From an uncultured Planctomycetota bacterium (lineage in GTDB: Bacteria; Planctomycetota; PLA2; JAEUHO01), in assembly GCA_963752285.1 (NCBI GenBank), contig CAVVXN010000001.1, positions 768,001 through 832,000 on the forward strand: a stretch of 64,000 nucleotides of DNA. The letters run 5' to 3'. Shown piece after piece: positions 1-8,811 of the stretch. The position numbers were made by a program, and so were the translations under genes. Positions within the stretch are counted from its first letter, which is position 1. Each line of letters opens with the position of its first letter. Below the pieces are notes generated by a model that searched no databases, had not been told where the DNA came from, and worked only from the letters and a program-made list of their open reading frames with translations.

Positions 1-867
1 ATGCGTTGCGATCAGCTTCGCGAGGACCTTCGGGTACTCCGCGGCCTGGTTCGCGTAGAGCGCCTCGATGCCCTTGAGCGGCATCATGTTCTCGGCGTCC
101 TGGTCCATGGCCGTCTCGTAGGCCTTCTGGGCCTCGGCCGTGTCGCCGAGGTACTGGCAGGCGTACGCGAGCTGCATCCAGGCGTCGAAGCTCGTGGGGT
201 CGGCCATCGTCGCCGCCCGGTACGAGCCCTGGGCCTTGCGGAAGAGGTCCTTCGTCGGCTCGTCCAGCGCGCCCGCCGCGCGGTACGCGTCCGTCGCCTT
301 GAGGTACTCGACCTGGCCCTTCCAGTAGAGCGCGGGGCCCTTGCTCTTGTGCGCGCCCAGGAAGTCGTCGAGCGTCTGGAGCGCGTCGTCGAAGGCGGCG
401 GCGCCGTACTGGGCGCGGGCGAGGCCCACGGCGGCGTCCTCGTCGGCCGCGTCGGCCTTCCGGAGCTCCTCGAAGATCTGGTTCGCGTCCGCGAGGTCGC
501 TCTCCATGTCCATCTGGGCGCCCATGCTGCCGTTCGCCCGGGTGAGGAAGACCTGTCCCAGGAGGAGCTTCGCGTCGTGATTCTTCGCGTCCTCGTCGAG
601 GGCGGCGTAGAGCGCGTCCACCGCCGCGGCGTAGCCGGGGTCGCTCCGCGCGGGCCGTCCGCCGACGAGGGCGCGCGCGAGGCCCTCGGCCGCCGCCACG
701 TTCGTCTTGTCCTTCGCGATCGCCTGCTGGAACGCGGCCGACGCCTTCGCCCAGTCCTTGGCGGCGAGGGCCTTCTGGCCGTCCTCCATGGGCCCGGCGA
801 GCGCGAGGCCCGAGAGGGGGAGGAGCACGGCGAGGGCCAGGAGGATCGGGCGGACGGGACGCGACAT
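1..867 (-). CDS. Exported tetratricopeptide-repeat protein (3' end runs off the window; not in ORF track)
   Basis: Manual translation from ATG at 867: MSRPVRPILLALAVLLPLSGLALAGPMEDGQKALAAKDWAKASAAFQQAIAKDKTNVAAAEGLARAL; signal peptide followed by TPR-like helices. Confidence 0.75.
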   Translation of the reverse strand, partial: MSRPVRPILLALAVLLPLSGLALAGPMEDGQKALAAKDWAKASAAFQQAIAKDKTNVAAAEGLARALVGGRPARSDPGYAAAVDALYAALDEDAKNHDAKLLLGQVFLTRANGSMGAQMDMESDLADANQIFEELRKADAADEDAAVGLARAQYGAAAFDDALQTLDDFLGAHKSKGPALYWKGQVEYLKATDAYRAAGALDEPTKDLFRKAQGSYRAATMADPTSFDAWMQLAYACQYLGDTAEAQKAYETAMDQDAENMMPLKGIEALYANQAAEYPKVLAKLIATH

Positions 868-1004
868 CGAGAGGGCTCCCAGGGGGTGACGTGCGTTCCC
901 CGGACGGAACGGCGGAAGGGCCGTTCCCTCCGGCAGGGGGGCGGATCAGGATACTCCTCGCACGTCCCGGACCATCCGGGGGCGCCCCACCGCGGCCGGA
1001 CCGG

Positions 1005-2846
1005 CTACCCGCCGCCGGCGCGCCCCTCGCCGGACCCCGACGCCGACGGCGGGGGCGGGGGCCAGGGGGCGCCGTCCTCGTCGGCGCCCTCCTCGAGCGT
1101 CCGGTAGAGCCGGGCCCGTACCTCCTCGACGTCCTTCTCGGCGACCGCGCGCTTCTCTTCGTCGGGGACCAGGTCGAATCCGCCGTCCGCCCGCGGCACC
1201 TCGGCGAGGACCGCGTCCCTCACCTGACGGGCGACGCGGTAGCGCGCCAGGTCGCGGTCGGGGAGGACCTTCGTGTAGAGCCGCCTCAGGTTCGGGACGT
1301 ACGTGTCCTTGAACGCGTAGTCGGTCATCCGGAGCGCCCGCAGGTACTGGCGTTCCGCCTCGAGCGGGTCCTGGACGTCCACGAAGTAGTGGACGATCAG
1401 CCCGTAGTCGTTGATCACCCCGGCGAGGCTCCAGGCGGTCCGCTCGTCGAGGTCCCGGTCCCTCGACTCCGGGATCGCGGCGACCGCCTCCGCGTACACG
1501 TCGCGGCATCGGACGAGCAGCTCGCGGATCCTGGGCGGCGCGCCCGGCACGAGCGTCTGCAGCCCGTCCTCACCCATCGCCGTGAAGGGCGAGACGATCT
1601 CCCTAAGGAGGAAGCCGTAGTTGTTGCGGACGTACGGGTCGCCCGGCCGGAGCCGGAGGATCTCCTCGTAGAAGGCGATCCCCCGCTCGCGGTCCCGCGC
1701 CATCACCGTCCGCGCGAGCTCCTCGAAGAGCGCGGTCGCCTGCGCGGACGTCGGGTCGAGGTCCAGCGCCCGGCGTACGTGCTTGCGCGCCTCCTCCCAC
1801 TGTTCGAGCGCGAGGAACACGCGTCCGCCGAGCAGCCAGCCGGCGGGGTCCTTCTCGTCGAGGGCGATGCGGCGTTCGAGCGCGAGGAGCGCCGCGGTGC
1901 CGTCCTTCGCGCCGACCTCAGCGAACACGAGGGCGTCGAGCGCGCCGGTGTCGTGCGGCCGCGCCTCGAGGACCCTCTCGAGCGCGGCGACGAGGCGCGC
2001 CGGCCGGCCCTGCTCCAGGCTCTCCAGACCGCGCAGCGGATACGGCGAGGCGGGGTCGAGGAGCCACGCGCTCACGTACGCCCCCTCGGCGCGGTCCAGG
2101 TCGCCGAGGCGGTGCGCGGCCCACGCCGCGGTGATCCGCGCCTGGAAGCGGTCCTTCGGGCCGAGCTCGTCGCCGGCGGCCGCGAGATCGTCGAGCGCCG
2201 CCTGGAGCTCGGCGCGTCCGGCCTCGGTCGGGCGCCCCTGGGCGTCCACCTCGCGGGCCACGGAGCGCTCGTAGTGGAGCCGGCCGCGCCACGCGCGGGC
2301 CTCGGGCGCGAGGTCGCCCCCCTCGAGCGCGGCGAGCGCGCCGTCGAGGTCGCCGACCGCGCGGCGGGTCCGTGCGAGGAGGACGCGCGCCTCCGCGCCG
2401 AGGGCCGGGTCGTCGAGGACCGCCTTCGCCTTCGTCTCGGCGTCGGAGAAGAGCTGGGCGAGGAGCTGGCCCTGCATACCCCGCGCGAGCCGTCCGGACG
2501 CGATCGCCTCGTCCGCCACGGCCAGGGCGAGGTCGAGCCGTGGGTCCGGCGTCTCCTCCGCCGAGATCTCCGCGCGTCCCTGCACGCGCTCGAGCAGGTC
2601 GAGGTCGTCGAGGTCGCGGGCGAGATGGGCCGCGTCGAGGAGCGCGGTGGGATCGGTCGGTTCCGCGAGGAGCCAGTCGAGGAGCGCGGCGCGCGCGGCG
2701 TCGGCGTGGCCCGCGTCGAACGCGGCGCGCGCGTCCGCGACGTCGTCCGCGAACGCCGCCGACGCCGGAAGGGCGAGTGCGACGGCGAGGAGGAGGAGCC
2801 GGATCGCGCGTGTGCGAGGGCTCCGGTGCGGGGTCGCGGTCTTCAT
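1005..2846 (-). CDS. Exported TPR-repeat protein
   Basis: Start re-picked at MKTATPH, followed by signal peptide (LLLLAVALALPASAAFA); TPR-like units such as ALERRIALDEKDPAGWLLGGRVF and YEEILRLRPGDPYVRNNYG. Confidence 0.75.
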   Translation of the reverse strand: MKTATPHRSPRTRAIRLLLLAVALALPASAAFADDVADARAAFDAGHADAARAALLDWLLAEPTDPTALLDAAHLARDLDDLDLLERVQGRAEISAEETPDPRLDLALAVADEAIASGRLARGMQGQLLAQLFSDAETKAKAVLDDPALGAEARVLLARTRRAVGDLDGALAALEGGDLAPEARAWRGRLHYERSVAREVDAQGRPTEAGRAELQAALDDLAAAGDELGPKDRFQARITAAWAAHRLGDLDRAEGAYVSAWLLDPASPYPLRGLESLEQGRPARLVAALERVLEARPHDTGALDALVFAEVGAKDGTAALLALERRIALDEKDPAGWLLGGRVFLALEQWEEARKHVRRALDLDPTSAQATALFEELARTVMARDRERGIAFYEEILRLRPGDPYVRNNYGFLLREIVSPFTAMGEDGLQTLVPGAPPRIRELLVRCRDVYAEAVAAIPESRDRDLDERTAWSLAGVINDYGLIVHYFVDVQDPLEAERQYLRALRMTDYAFKDTYVPNLRRLYTKVLPDRDLARYRVARQVRDAVLAEVPRADGGFDLVPDEEKRAVAEKDVEEVRARLYRTLEEGADEDGAPWPPPPPSASGSGEGRAGGG

Positions 2847-2947
2847 CCTCGACTCTCCCGATGCGTCGCACCTGAACACTTCGCGGTGTTGGTGCGACTC
2901 GGGAGGATACCCACTGTCCCCCGCGCGCGGTATTCTCGGAGACGTCC

Positions 2948-4435
2948 ATGCAACGGACACCCGCCTCGACGACGACCGCCACCCGTTCGTCCGCGCGAAC
3001 ACGCGACGCGTGCGCGCGCGTCCCCGTCCACGGCGAGGAGCGGCGCCGCATCGTCGCCGCGATCCGCACCGCGCTGCGCGGGCGGGGCCGCACCCGGCGG
3101 GACGCCGAGCGCGCGCTCCTCCAGCACCCGCGGCACGTCCCGGCGCACTGGATCCCCCTGGTCCTCGCCGAGCGCGACGCCATGCGGCGCGAGGGCCGTC
3201 CGCCGCGGGGGCTGGCAGGCCGCGTGGACCGGCTCCTCCTCGCCATCGCCGACGAGAGCGCGCGCCGCCGGGTCGAGCGACGGAGCGTCGCGCCGCCGGG
3301 CATCCGGCGCGTGCACGGCCTGACGGCCGGCGCGCGGACGGGCCGCCTGCTCCGCGCGCTCTTCTACCTGGCGCCCGATCCCGTCCTCACGGTCCGCGCG
3401 TCCGGACGCGTGGGGCTCTGGAGCCGGGCGGGCGTCGCGATCTCGGGACGCCGCCGGCGCGACCTCCTGCGCGACGGGGCGCGATCGCTGTTCACGGACG
3501 CCTCCGCGCTCGACGAGATGCTGAAGGAGCTCGAGGACGCCTCCGCCCTCGTGACGCGCGAGGAGCGGCTGCGCCGCGCGGACGGGGCCGAGGTCCCCGT
3601 GCGGGTGTTCGGGGCCCGGCTCGGTCCCGACACGGGCGACCGCCGCGATCCCGACCGGCACCTCTTCTTCTTCCACGACCTCACCGAGGTCCAGCGGATC
3701 CGGAGCCGGTTGATCGAGACCGAGAAGCTCTCCGCGATGGCGAAGATCGCCGGCAGCGTGGCGCACGAGTTCCGAAATCCCCTGAACTCGCTCTTCCTCT
3801 CGACGGACCTCCTCGAGGACGAGCTCTCCGGCAGCGGGGCGCCCGAGGAGGCCATCGCGCCGACGCTCGCGGCGATCCGCGAGGAGATCGAGCGGCTGAA
3901 CCAGATCATCAACCACTACCTCTCGCTCTCGAAGGTCGCGATGAACACGCCCGAGGTCGTGGACCTCGGCTCGGTCGTCCAGGAGTTCGCCGGCGAGTGG
4001 GCGGAGCGCGCCGCCGAGAAGGGCATCGACCTCCGCGTGCGCGTGCACCCGGGTGACCTGTCGGTGACCGCGGACCCGAACCAGGTCCGCCGCGTGCTCG
4101 TGAACCTCGTCGAGAACGCGTTCGACGCCCTCGACCTCGCGCCGGAGCGCGGCGGCGAGCGCCCGGGCGGGGGGGCGATCACGCTGGCCGTCCGGCCGAT
4201 GCGCCGGACCGCGAAGCTGACGGTGAAGGACAACGGTCCGGGGATCCCCGAGGACCTGAAGGCCCGGGTGTTCGAGCCGTTCTTCACCTCCAAGAGCCGC
4301 GGCTCCGGCCTCGGCCTGTACCTCGTGCGCGAGATCGTGCTCGCGCACGGGGGCGGCATCTCGCTCGCCTCCACCGGCGGCCGTGGGACGACGGTGGCGA
4401 TGCACTGGCCCCGGCCGGAGGGTGACTCCCGATGA
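2948..4435 (+). CDS. PAS-domain sensor histidine kinase (NtrB-like)
   Basis: H-box VAHEFRNPL, N-box LVNLVENAFDA, DNGPGIP, FEPFFTSK, GSGLGL; PAS/PAC-like segment upstream. Confidence 0.9.
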   Translation: MQRTPASTTTATRSSARTRDACARVPVHGEERRRIVAAIRTALRGRGRTRRDAERALLQHPRHVPAHWIPLVLAERDAMRREGRPPRGLAGRVDRLLLAIADESARRRVERRSVAPPGIRRVHGLTAGARTGRLLRALFYLAPDPVLTVRASGRVGLWSRAGVAISGRRRRDLLRDGARSLFTDASALDEMLKELEDASALVTREERLRRADGAEVPVRVFGARLGPDTGDRRDPDRHLFFFHDLTEVQRIRSRLIETEKLSAMAKIAGSVAHEFRNPLNSLFLSTDLLEDELSGSGAPEEAIAPTLAAIREEIERLNQIINHYLSLSKVAMNTPEVVDLGSVVQEFAGEWAERAAEKGIDLRVRVHPGDLSVTADPNQVRRVLVNLVENAFDALDLAPERGGERPGGGAITLAVRPMRRTAKLTVKDNGPGIPEDLKARVFEPFFTSKSRGSGLGLYLVREIVLAHGGGISLASTGGRGTTVAMHWPRPEGDSR

Positions 4436-5871
4436 CGACCGCCGCCGATGTGGCGCTCCGGATTCTCGTGGTGGACGACGACCGGAACAGCCGCGAGTCG
4501 TTGGGGCGGGCGCTCCGGCGGGACGGCTACGAGATCCTGGTGGCCGAGAACGGCAAGGTCGCCCTGGAGGTGGCGCGGGAGCACGAGGTGGACCTCGTCC
4601 TCACCGACCTCAAGATGCCGGGCCTCGACGGGCTCGACTTCCTCGAGGGGCTGCGCGTGGTCCGGCCCGACGTGCCGGCCATCCTGATCAGCGCGTACGC
4701 GAGCGTGGACACGGCGGTCAAGGCCGTCCGCCGCGGCGTGAGCGACGTCCTCGAGAAGCCCATCCGGCTCCGGGACGTCCGGCGGGCGATCAAGCGCGTC
4801 GTCGAGACGCACCGGATCCCCGTGCGCGACCGCTCGCCGGGCCGCTCCACCGGGAAGGCGCCCGCCGTGCTCGCGCCCGAGAACGGGCGGCTCATCGGCC
4901 GGAGCCCGGCGTTCCTGGAGGTGATGGACGTCGTCGCGCGCGTCGCGCCGGTGGACAGCACGGCGTTGCTCCTCGGCGAGAGCGGCACGGGGAAGGAGCT
5001 GATCGCCGACGCGATCCACGACGCGAGCCCCCGGCGTATGGGCCCGCTCGTCAAGGTCGCGTGCGCGGCCCTCGCCGAAGGCGTGCTCGAGGCCGAGCTG
5101 TTCGGGAGCGAGAAGGGCGCGTACACCGGCGCGCACGCGCTGCGCAAGGGCCGGTTCGAGCTGGCCCACCGCGGGACGCTCTTCCTCGACGAGGTGGGGG
5201 AGATCCCCCTCGCGCTGCAGGTCAAGCTGCTCCGCGTGCTCCAGGAGGGCGAGTTCGAGCGGGTCGGCGGGAGCGAGACGATCCGGACGGACGTCCGCGT
5301 GATCACCGCCACGAACCGCGACCTCGAGGCCGAGGTGGCCGAGGGCCGGTTCCGCGAGGACCTCTACTGGCGCCTCAACGTGATCGCGATCCGCGTCCCC
5401 CCGCTGCGGGACCGGCCCGAGGACGTCCCGATCCTCGCGCAGCACTTCCTCGACAAGTACATCCAGGCGACGGGCCGGAAGCGGGGGCTGGCCTTCGCTC
5501 CCGACGTGATCCCCGCCCTGCTCGACTACCGCTGGCCGGGGAACGTGCGCGAGCTCGAGAACGCGATCGAGCGGGCCGTCGTGCTCGCGCGCTCCGACGT
5601 CGTCACCCGGGAGGACCTCCCCGATCCCGTTCGACGCGCCGAGGGAGACCCCGCTCTCCAGCGCCGTGTCGTGGTCCGGTTCGAGGTCGGTCAGAGCCTG
5701 GAGACGCTCGAGCGCGAGGCGATCCGACGCACGCTCGAGGCGGTCGGCGGCAATCGCGAGGCGGCGGCGACGATCCTCGGCATCGGTCTCGCCACGCTCT
5801 ACCGCCGCCTCCGCGAGATGGGCGACGACGTCGAGCAGATCGAAGGGCCGGGACTCTTCGAGAACGCGTGA
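4432..5871 (+). CDS. Sigma54-dependent response regulator (receiver-AAA+-Fis HTH, NtrC family)
   Basis: Receiver VVDDD and LTDLKMP; Walker A GESGTGKE; GAYTGA loop; FLDEVGE; WPGNVRELEN; C-terminal HTH; ATGA overlap with the kinase. Confidence 0.95.
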   Translation: MTTAADVALRILVVDDDRNSRESLGRALRRDGYEILVAENGKVALEVAREHEVDLVLTDLKMPGLDGLDFLEGLRVVRPDVPAILISAYASVDTAVKAVRRGVSDVLEKPIRLRDVRRAIKRVVETHRIPVRDRSPGRSTGKAPAVLAPENGRLIGRSPAFLEVMDVVARVAPVDSTALLLGESGTGKELIADAIHDASPRRMGPLVKVACAALAEGVLEAELFGSEKGAYTGAHALRKGRFELAHRGTLFLDEVGEIPLALQVKLLRVLQEGEFERVGGSETIRTDVRVITATNRDLEAEVAEGRFREDLYWRLNVIAIRVPPLRDRPEDVPILAQHFLDKYIQATGRKRGLAFAPDVIPALLDYRWPGNVRELENAIERAVVLARSDVVTREDLPDPVRRAEGDPALQRRVVVRFEVGQSLETLEREAIRRTLEAVGGNREAAATILGIGLATLYRRLREMGDDVEQIEGPGLFENA

Positions 5872-5883
5872 CGCGCGCGATGA

Positions 5884-5911
5884 CGACGCGCGCGCGTTCG
5901 CGCGCGCGTCG
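5884..5911. repeat. Perfect 13-bp inverted repeat of alternating CG (possible terminator or cruciform)
   Basis: CGACGCGCGCGCG-TT-CGCGCGCGCGTCG just after the regulator stop codon. Confidence 0.5.
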
Positions 5912-6013
5912 CGTGTCCACGCGTCGCCGCGCTTCGCGTCGCGCCTCGGCGACGTGTCCTCGCGCGTCTTCGTCCACGTGTTCTCCACCGCGCGCGCACG
6001 CGACACGAGCACG

Positions 6014-6067
6014 CTCATCTTGAGAGGGTGAACGTGTCGAACACGTGCCGCGTTTCTCATTTTGAGA
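6014..6067 (+). promoter_or_regulatory. Two palindromic CTCA-N3-TGAG boxes, putative enhancer sites for a sigma54 activator
   Basis: CTCATCTTGAG (6014-6024) and TCTCATTTTGAGA (6055-6067), offset by 42 bp. Confidence 0.55.
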
Positions 6068-6112
6068 GTCGGAGCACGCTCGAAGTGGTGTGATCCCCCT
6101 CGAAGAGCCGTG

Positions 6113-6127
6113 CGGCACGGAAGTTGT
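6113..6127 (+). promoter_or_regulatory. Putative sigma54 -24/-12 promoter
   Basis: CGGCACG-GAAG-TTGT versus consensus TGGCACG-N4-TTGC; correct spacing but GT instead of GC at -12. Confidence 0.5.
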
Positions 6128-6360
6128 TGTGAACAGGGCGTGCGTGTGTAGCGCACGTGATCGGACCACTGACATGCCCTGTGCGCGTGGTACGCGCGGT
6201 GATGTCGGAGGGATCCGCGATCCTTTTCACGTGAAGAGTCGGTGAGCCCGGGTCCACCGTCGCGGGGCGTTTCGAGCCGCGCGCCGGGGACCCGATCGGC
6301 CCGGGTCGATCGAGCTCACCCGAAGCGCCCGTGCTCGAGACGGACGCATGGAGGCAGAGC

Positions 6361-6489
6361 ATGGCAGCGAAGAGGAAGAAGGGCACGCGCAAGAAGGCCG
6401 CGAAGAAGGCGACCCGCAAGAAGGCCGGCCGGAAGAAGGCCGCGAAGAAGGGGACCCGCCGCAAGAAGGCCACGCGCAAGAAGAAGTAG
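6361..6489 (+). CDS. 42-aa lysine/arginine-rich histone H1/protamine-like protein
   Basis: MAAKRKKGTRKKAAKKATRKKAGRKKAAKKGTRRKKATRKKK*; GGAGG Shine-Dalgarno upstream and terminator downstream; below the ORF-track length cutoff. Confidence 0.85.
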   Translation: MAAKRKKGTRKKAAKKATRKKAGRKKAAKKGTRRKKATRKKK

Positions 6490-6519
6490 CTTCCCTCGCG
6501 AACGCGATCGAAGTCCGAG

Positions 6520-6557
6520 AGGCCGCCGCGCCGGGGCGCGGCGGCCTTCGTTCGTTT
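6520..6557 (+). terminator. Intrinsic terminator
   Basis: AGGCCGCCGCGCC/GGCGCGGCGGCCT stem followed by TCGTTCGTTT. Confidence 0.7.
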
Positions 6558-6671
6558 CGGGGCGCCCTCGCGTGCGCCCGGGCCCGGGGGCGGGTTCTCC
6601 GAACCCCTTGCCGCGGCGGAGGTTAGGAAGTGCGGGGACCCCTGTCCCCGGCGCGGCGTAGGGTCCCCGCC

Positions 6672-7322
6672 ATGCTGCAGATCCGAAGCTGCTCCGCGCG
6701 GCGTTACCGCGTCCTCGGCCGACTCCCCTCCATCCGGGAGGAGGCCTTCCACCAGCGACTCTCCGACCGCAAGTTCCTTCCCCTCACGCCCTCGGAGGAG
6801 AGGTCGTTCGGTTGGGTCGAGGCCGACAACTGCCTCAAGACCGGGTTCGGCGTGGACGCGGTCGTGCGCGGCGACACCGCCGTGCTCGGGCTCAGGATCG
6901 ACCGCCGCCGCGTGAACCCCCGCCTGTTCCGCGCGCACGTCGAGCTCGAGGTCGAGGCGCGGCGGAAGGGCGCAGAGGACGGTGGCGGCCCCGCACGGCT
7001 CTCCCGGGACGAGCGCCTGGAGGTGCGGGCCGAGGTCCACGAGCGTCTGCTCCGCCAGACGAGCCCGACGACCGCGGTCGTGAGCGTGGTCCTCGCGCCG
7101 CGGCGCCGGATGCTCTACATGCTCGGCCTCTCACGGTTCGCGAACGAGATCCTCGTTCGACTCGTCCGCGACACGTTCGCGGTGGAGCTGGTCGCCCTGA
7201 CGCCCTGGCAGCGGGGGCGGGAGATCCTGGCGGGCGGGCCCGGCGCCGAGCGCCTGGACGGGCTCGAGCGGAGCGCGTTCGCGGCCCAGACGTCCGCCGC
7301 CGTGATGGAGGTGCCTTCGTGA
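6672..7322 (+). CDS. RdgC-like recombination-associated protein (short form)
   Basis: ARRYRV..F.PL..EERSFGWV and LGLRIDRRRV resemble the RdgC N-terminal region; recognised from memory, not searched. Confidence 0.6.
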   Translation: MLQIRSCSARRYRVLGRLPSIREEAFHQRLSDRKFLPLTPSEERSFGWVEADNCLKTGFGVDAVVRGDTAVLGLRIDRRRVNPRLFRAHVELEVEARRKGAEDGGGPARLSRDERLEVRAEVHERLLRQTSPTTAVVSVVLAPRRRMLYMLGLSRFANEILVRLVRDTFAVELVALTPWQRGREILAGGPGAERLDGLERSAFAAQTSAAVMEVPS

Positions 7323-7879
7323 TCGCCCCTACCCCCGTCGCCGACGACCGCGGCGGCCTCGACTATCTCGGTCCCGAGTTCCTGACGTGGCTGTGGTGGC
7401 GCGCGGAGGCGGAGCCGCGCTTCGTCCACGCCGACGGGACCGAGCTCTTCGTCCACGTGGACGAGCACCTCGAGTTCCGCGGCGAGCGCGCCGCCGCGCG
7501 GCGCACCGTCCTCCGCGCGGGCGCCCCCGGCGCCAGCATGGACGCCCGCGCGGCGCTCCGGAGCGGCAAGCACCTGGTCCGCGCGCGCCTGCTCTTCGCC
7601 CGGGGGGAGGAGGAGGTCCTCTTCACGCTCCGCGCCGAGGACCTCGAGGCTTCGGCGATCCGCCTCCCGGCTCCCTCCGAGGCGAGGTCCGGCGGTCCGC
7701 GCGACCGTCTCGAGCACGGACTCGAGGCGCTCGAGCGGTTCTGGGCGGACCTCGATCTCTGCTTCGCGCGCTTCCTCGAGGTCCGCACCTCCGACCAGTG
7801 GGACGCCGAGCGCCGCCGCGTCACGTCGTGGGCCGCGGGACCGAGCCCCGACGAACGCGAGGCCGCGGCGCTCCGATAG
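7319..7879 (+). CDS. Conserved partner of the RdgC-like protein
   Basis: GTG start overlaps upstream stop (GTGA); LGPEFLTWLWW motif and F..FLEVR.S.QW near the C-terminus. Confidence 0.6.
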   Translation: MIAPTPVADDRGGLDYLGPEFLTWLWWRAEAEPRFVHADGTELFVHVDEHLEFRGERAAARRTVLRAGAPGASMDARAALRSGKHLVRARLLFARGEEEVLFTLRAEDLEASAIRLPAPSEARSGGPRDRLEHGLEALERFWADLDLCFARFLEVRTSDQWDAERRRVTSWAAGPSPDEREAAALR

Positions 7880-7983
7880 GGGCCGCGCGGCCCCCGCTGC
7901 GGCGTCGCCCGAGCTTCGTCGTCCTCTCGGCCAGCGGCCGGCGGCCGGGGACCGTTCCGACGGGACCGTGGGAGAATGCGCCG

Positions 7984-8772
7984 GTGGGCGACCGTGTCGT
8001 GCTCGATCCCGCGCTCGCGCCCGCGCTCTCCGCGGGGGGCCTCGCGCGCGCCGAGGGGCTTTTCGGGCTCGCCGGCCCGCTCGATCGCTCGAGCGTAGTG
8101 ACGGAGGTCGAGATCCCGATCCCCGGCACGGTGGGTCGCTTCCACCTGAAGCGCTACGCGTACGACTCCTGGCGGCGGTCGAAAGGCCTCTTCGGGCGCG
8201 GGACCCTCTTCGGCTCCGCGCCCGAGATCCAGGAGATGAAGGCGCTCCAGTGGCTGCGCGAGCACCAGATCCCCGCCGTTCGGCCGATCGCGGCGGCGTC
8301 GAGGACGCGGCGCGGCCGCCTCGTGGCGCACCTCCTCCTGACCGAGCACGTCGAGAACGCCCGCGATCTCGCGGCGCGCCTCCGCGACCCGATGGACCCG
8401 CTCCGGACGGACGCCGCCGCGCGCGCGCGGGCCCTCGGGCTCGTCGCGCACCACCTCGCCCAGATGCACGCCGAGGGGTTCGTGCACCGCGACGCGCATC
8501 CGAGGAACGTCCTCGTCCGGGTGGACGAGGACGTGCGCGTCTGGTTCCTCGACTGTCGCCGCGGCGGGACGTCCGGCCGCCGCGGTCCGCTCGGGGACCT
8601 CGCGACGATGGACCTCGACCTCGAGGGGCTCGTCACGCGGACGGAGCGGCTCCGGGCGCTCGCCACCTATCTCCCCTTGGGCGCGCCGACACGGAAGACC
8701 CACGAGAAGGTGGCCGCGCTCCGCGACAAGCGGCGGCGGGCGGACGCGCGTCGCGGCCGCGCCCGGCGCTGA
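7984..8772 (+). CDS. Lipopolysaccharide kinase (Kdo/WaaP/InaA family)
   Basis: HLKRY, E..ALQWL, GFVHRDAHPRNVLV, WFLDC, DLATM. Confidence 0.8.
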   Translation: MGDRVVLDPALAPALSAGGLARAEGLFGLAGPLDRSSVVTEVEIPIPGTVGRFHLKRYAYDSWRRSKGLFGRGTLFGSAPEIQEMKALQWLREHQIPAVRPIAAASRTRRGRLVAHLLLTEHVENARDLAARLRDPMDPLRTDAAARARALGLVAHHLAQMHAEGFVHRDAHPRNVLVRVDEDVRVWFLDCRRGGTSGRRGPLGDLATMDLDLEGLVTRTERLRALATYLPLGAPTRKTHEKVAALRDKRRRADARRGRARR

Positions 8773-8811
8773 CCCGGCGCGGCCGTCGTTCCTCTGCGCT
8801 CGCGGCGGGGA

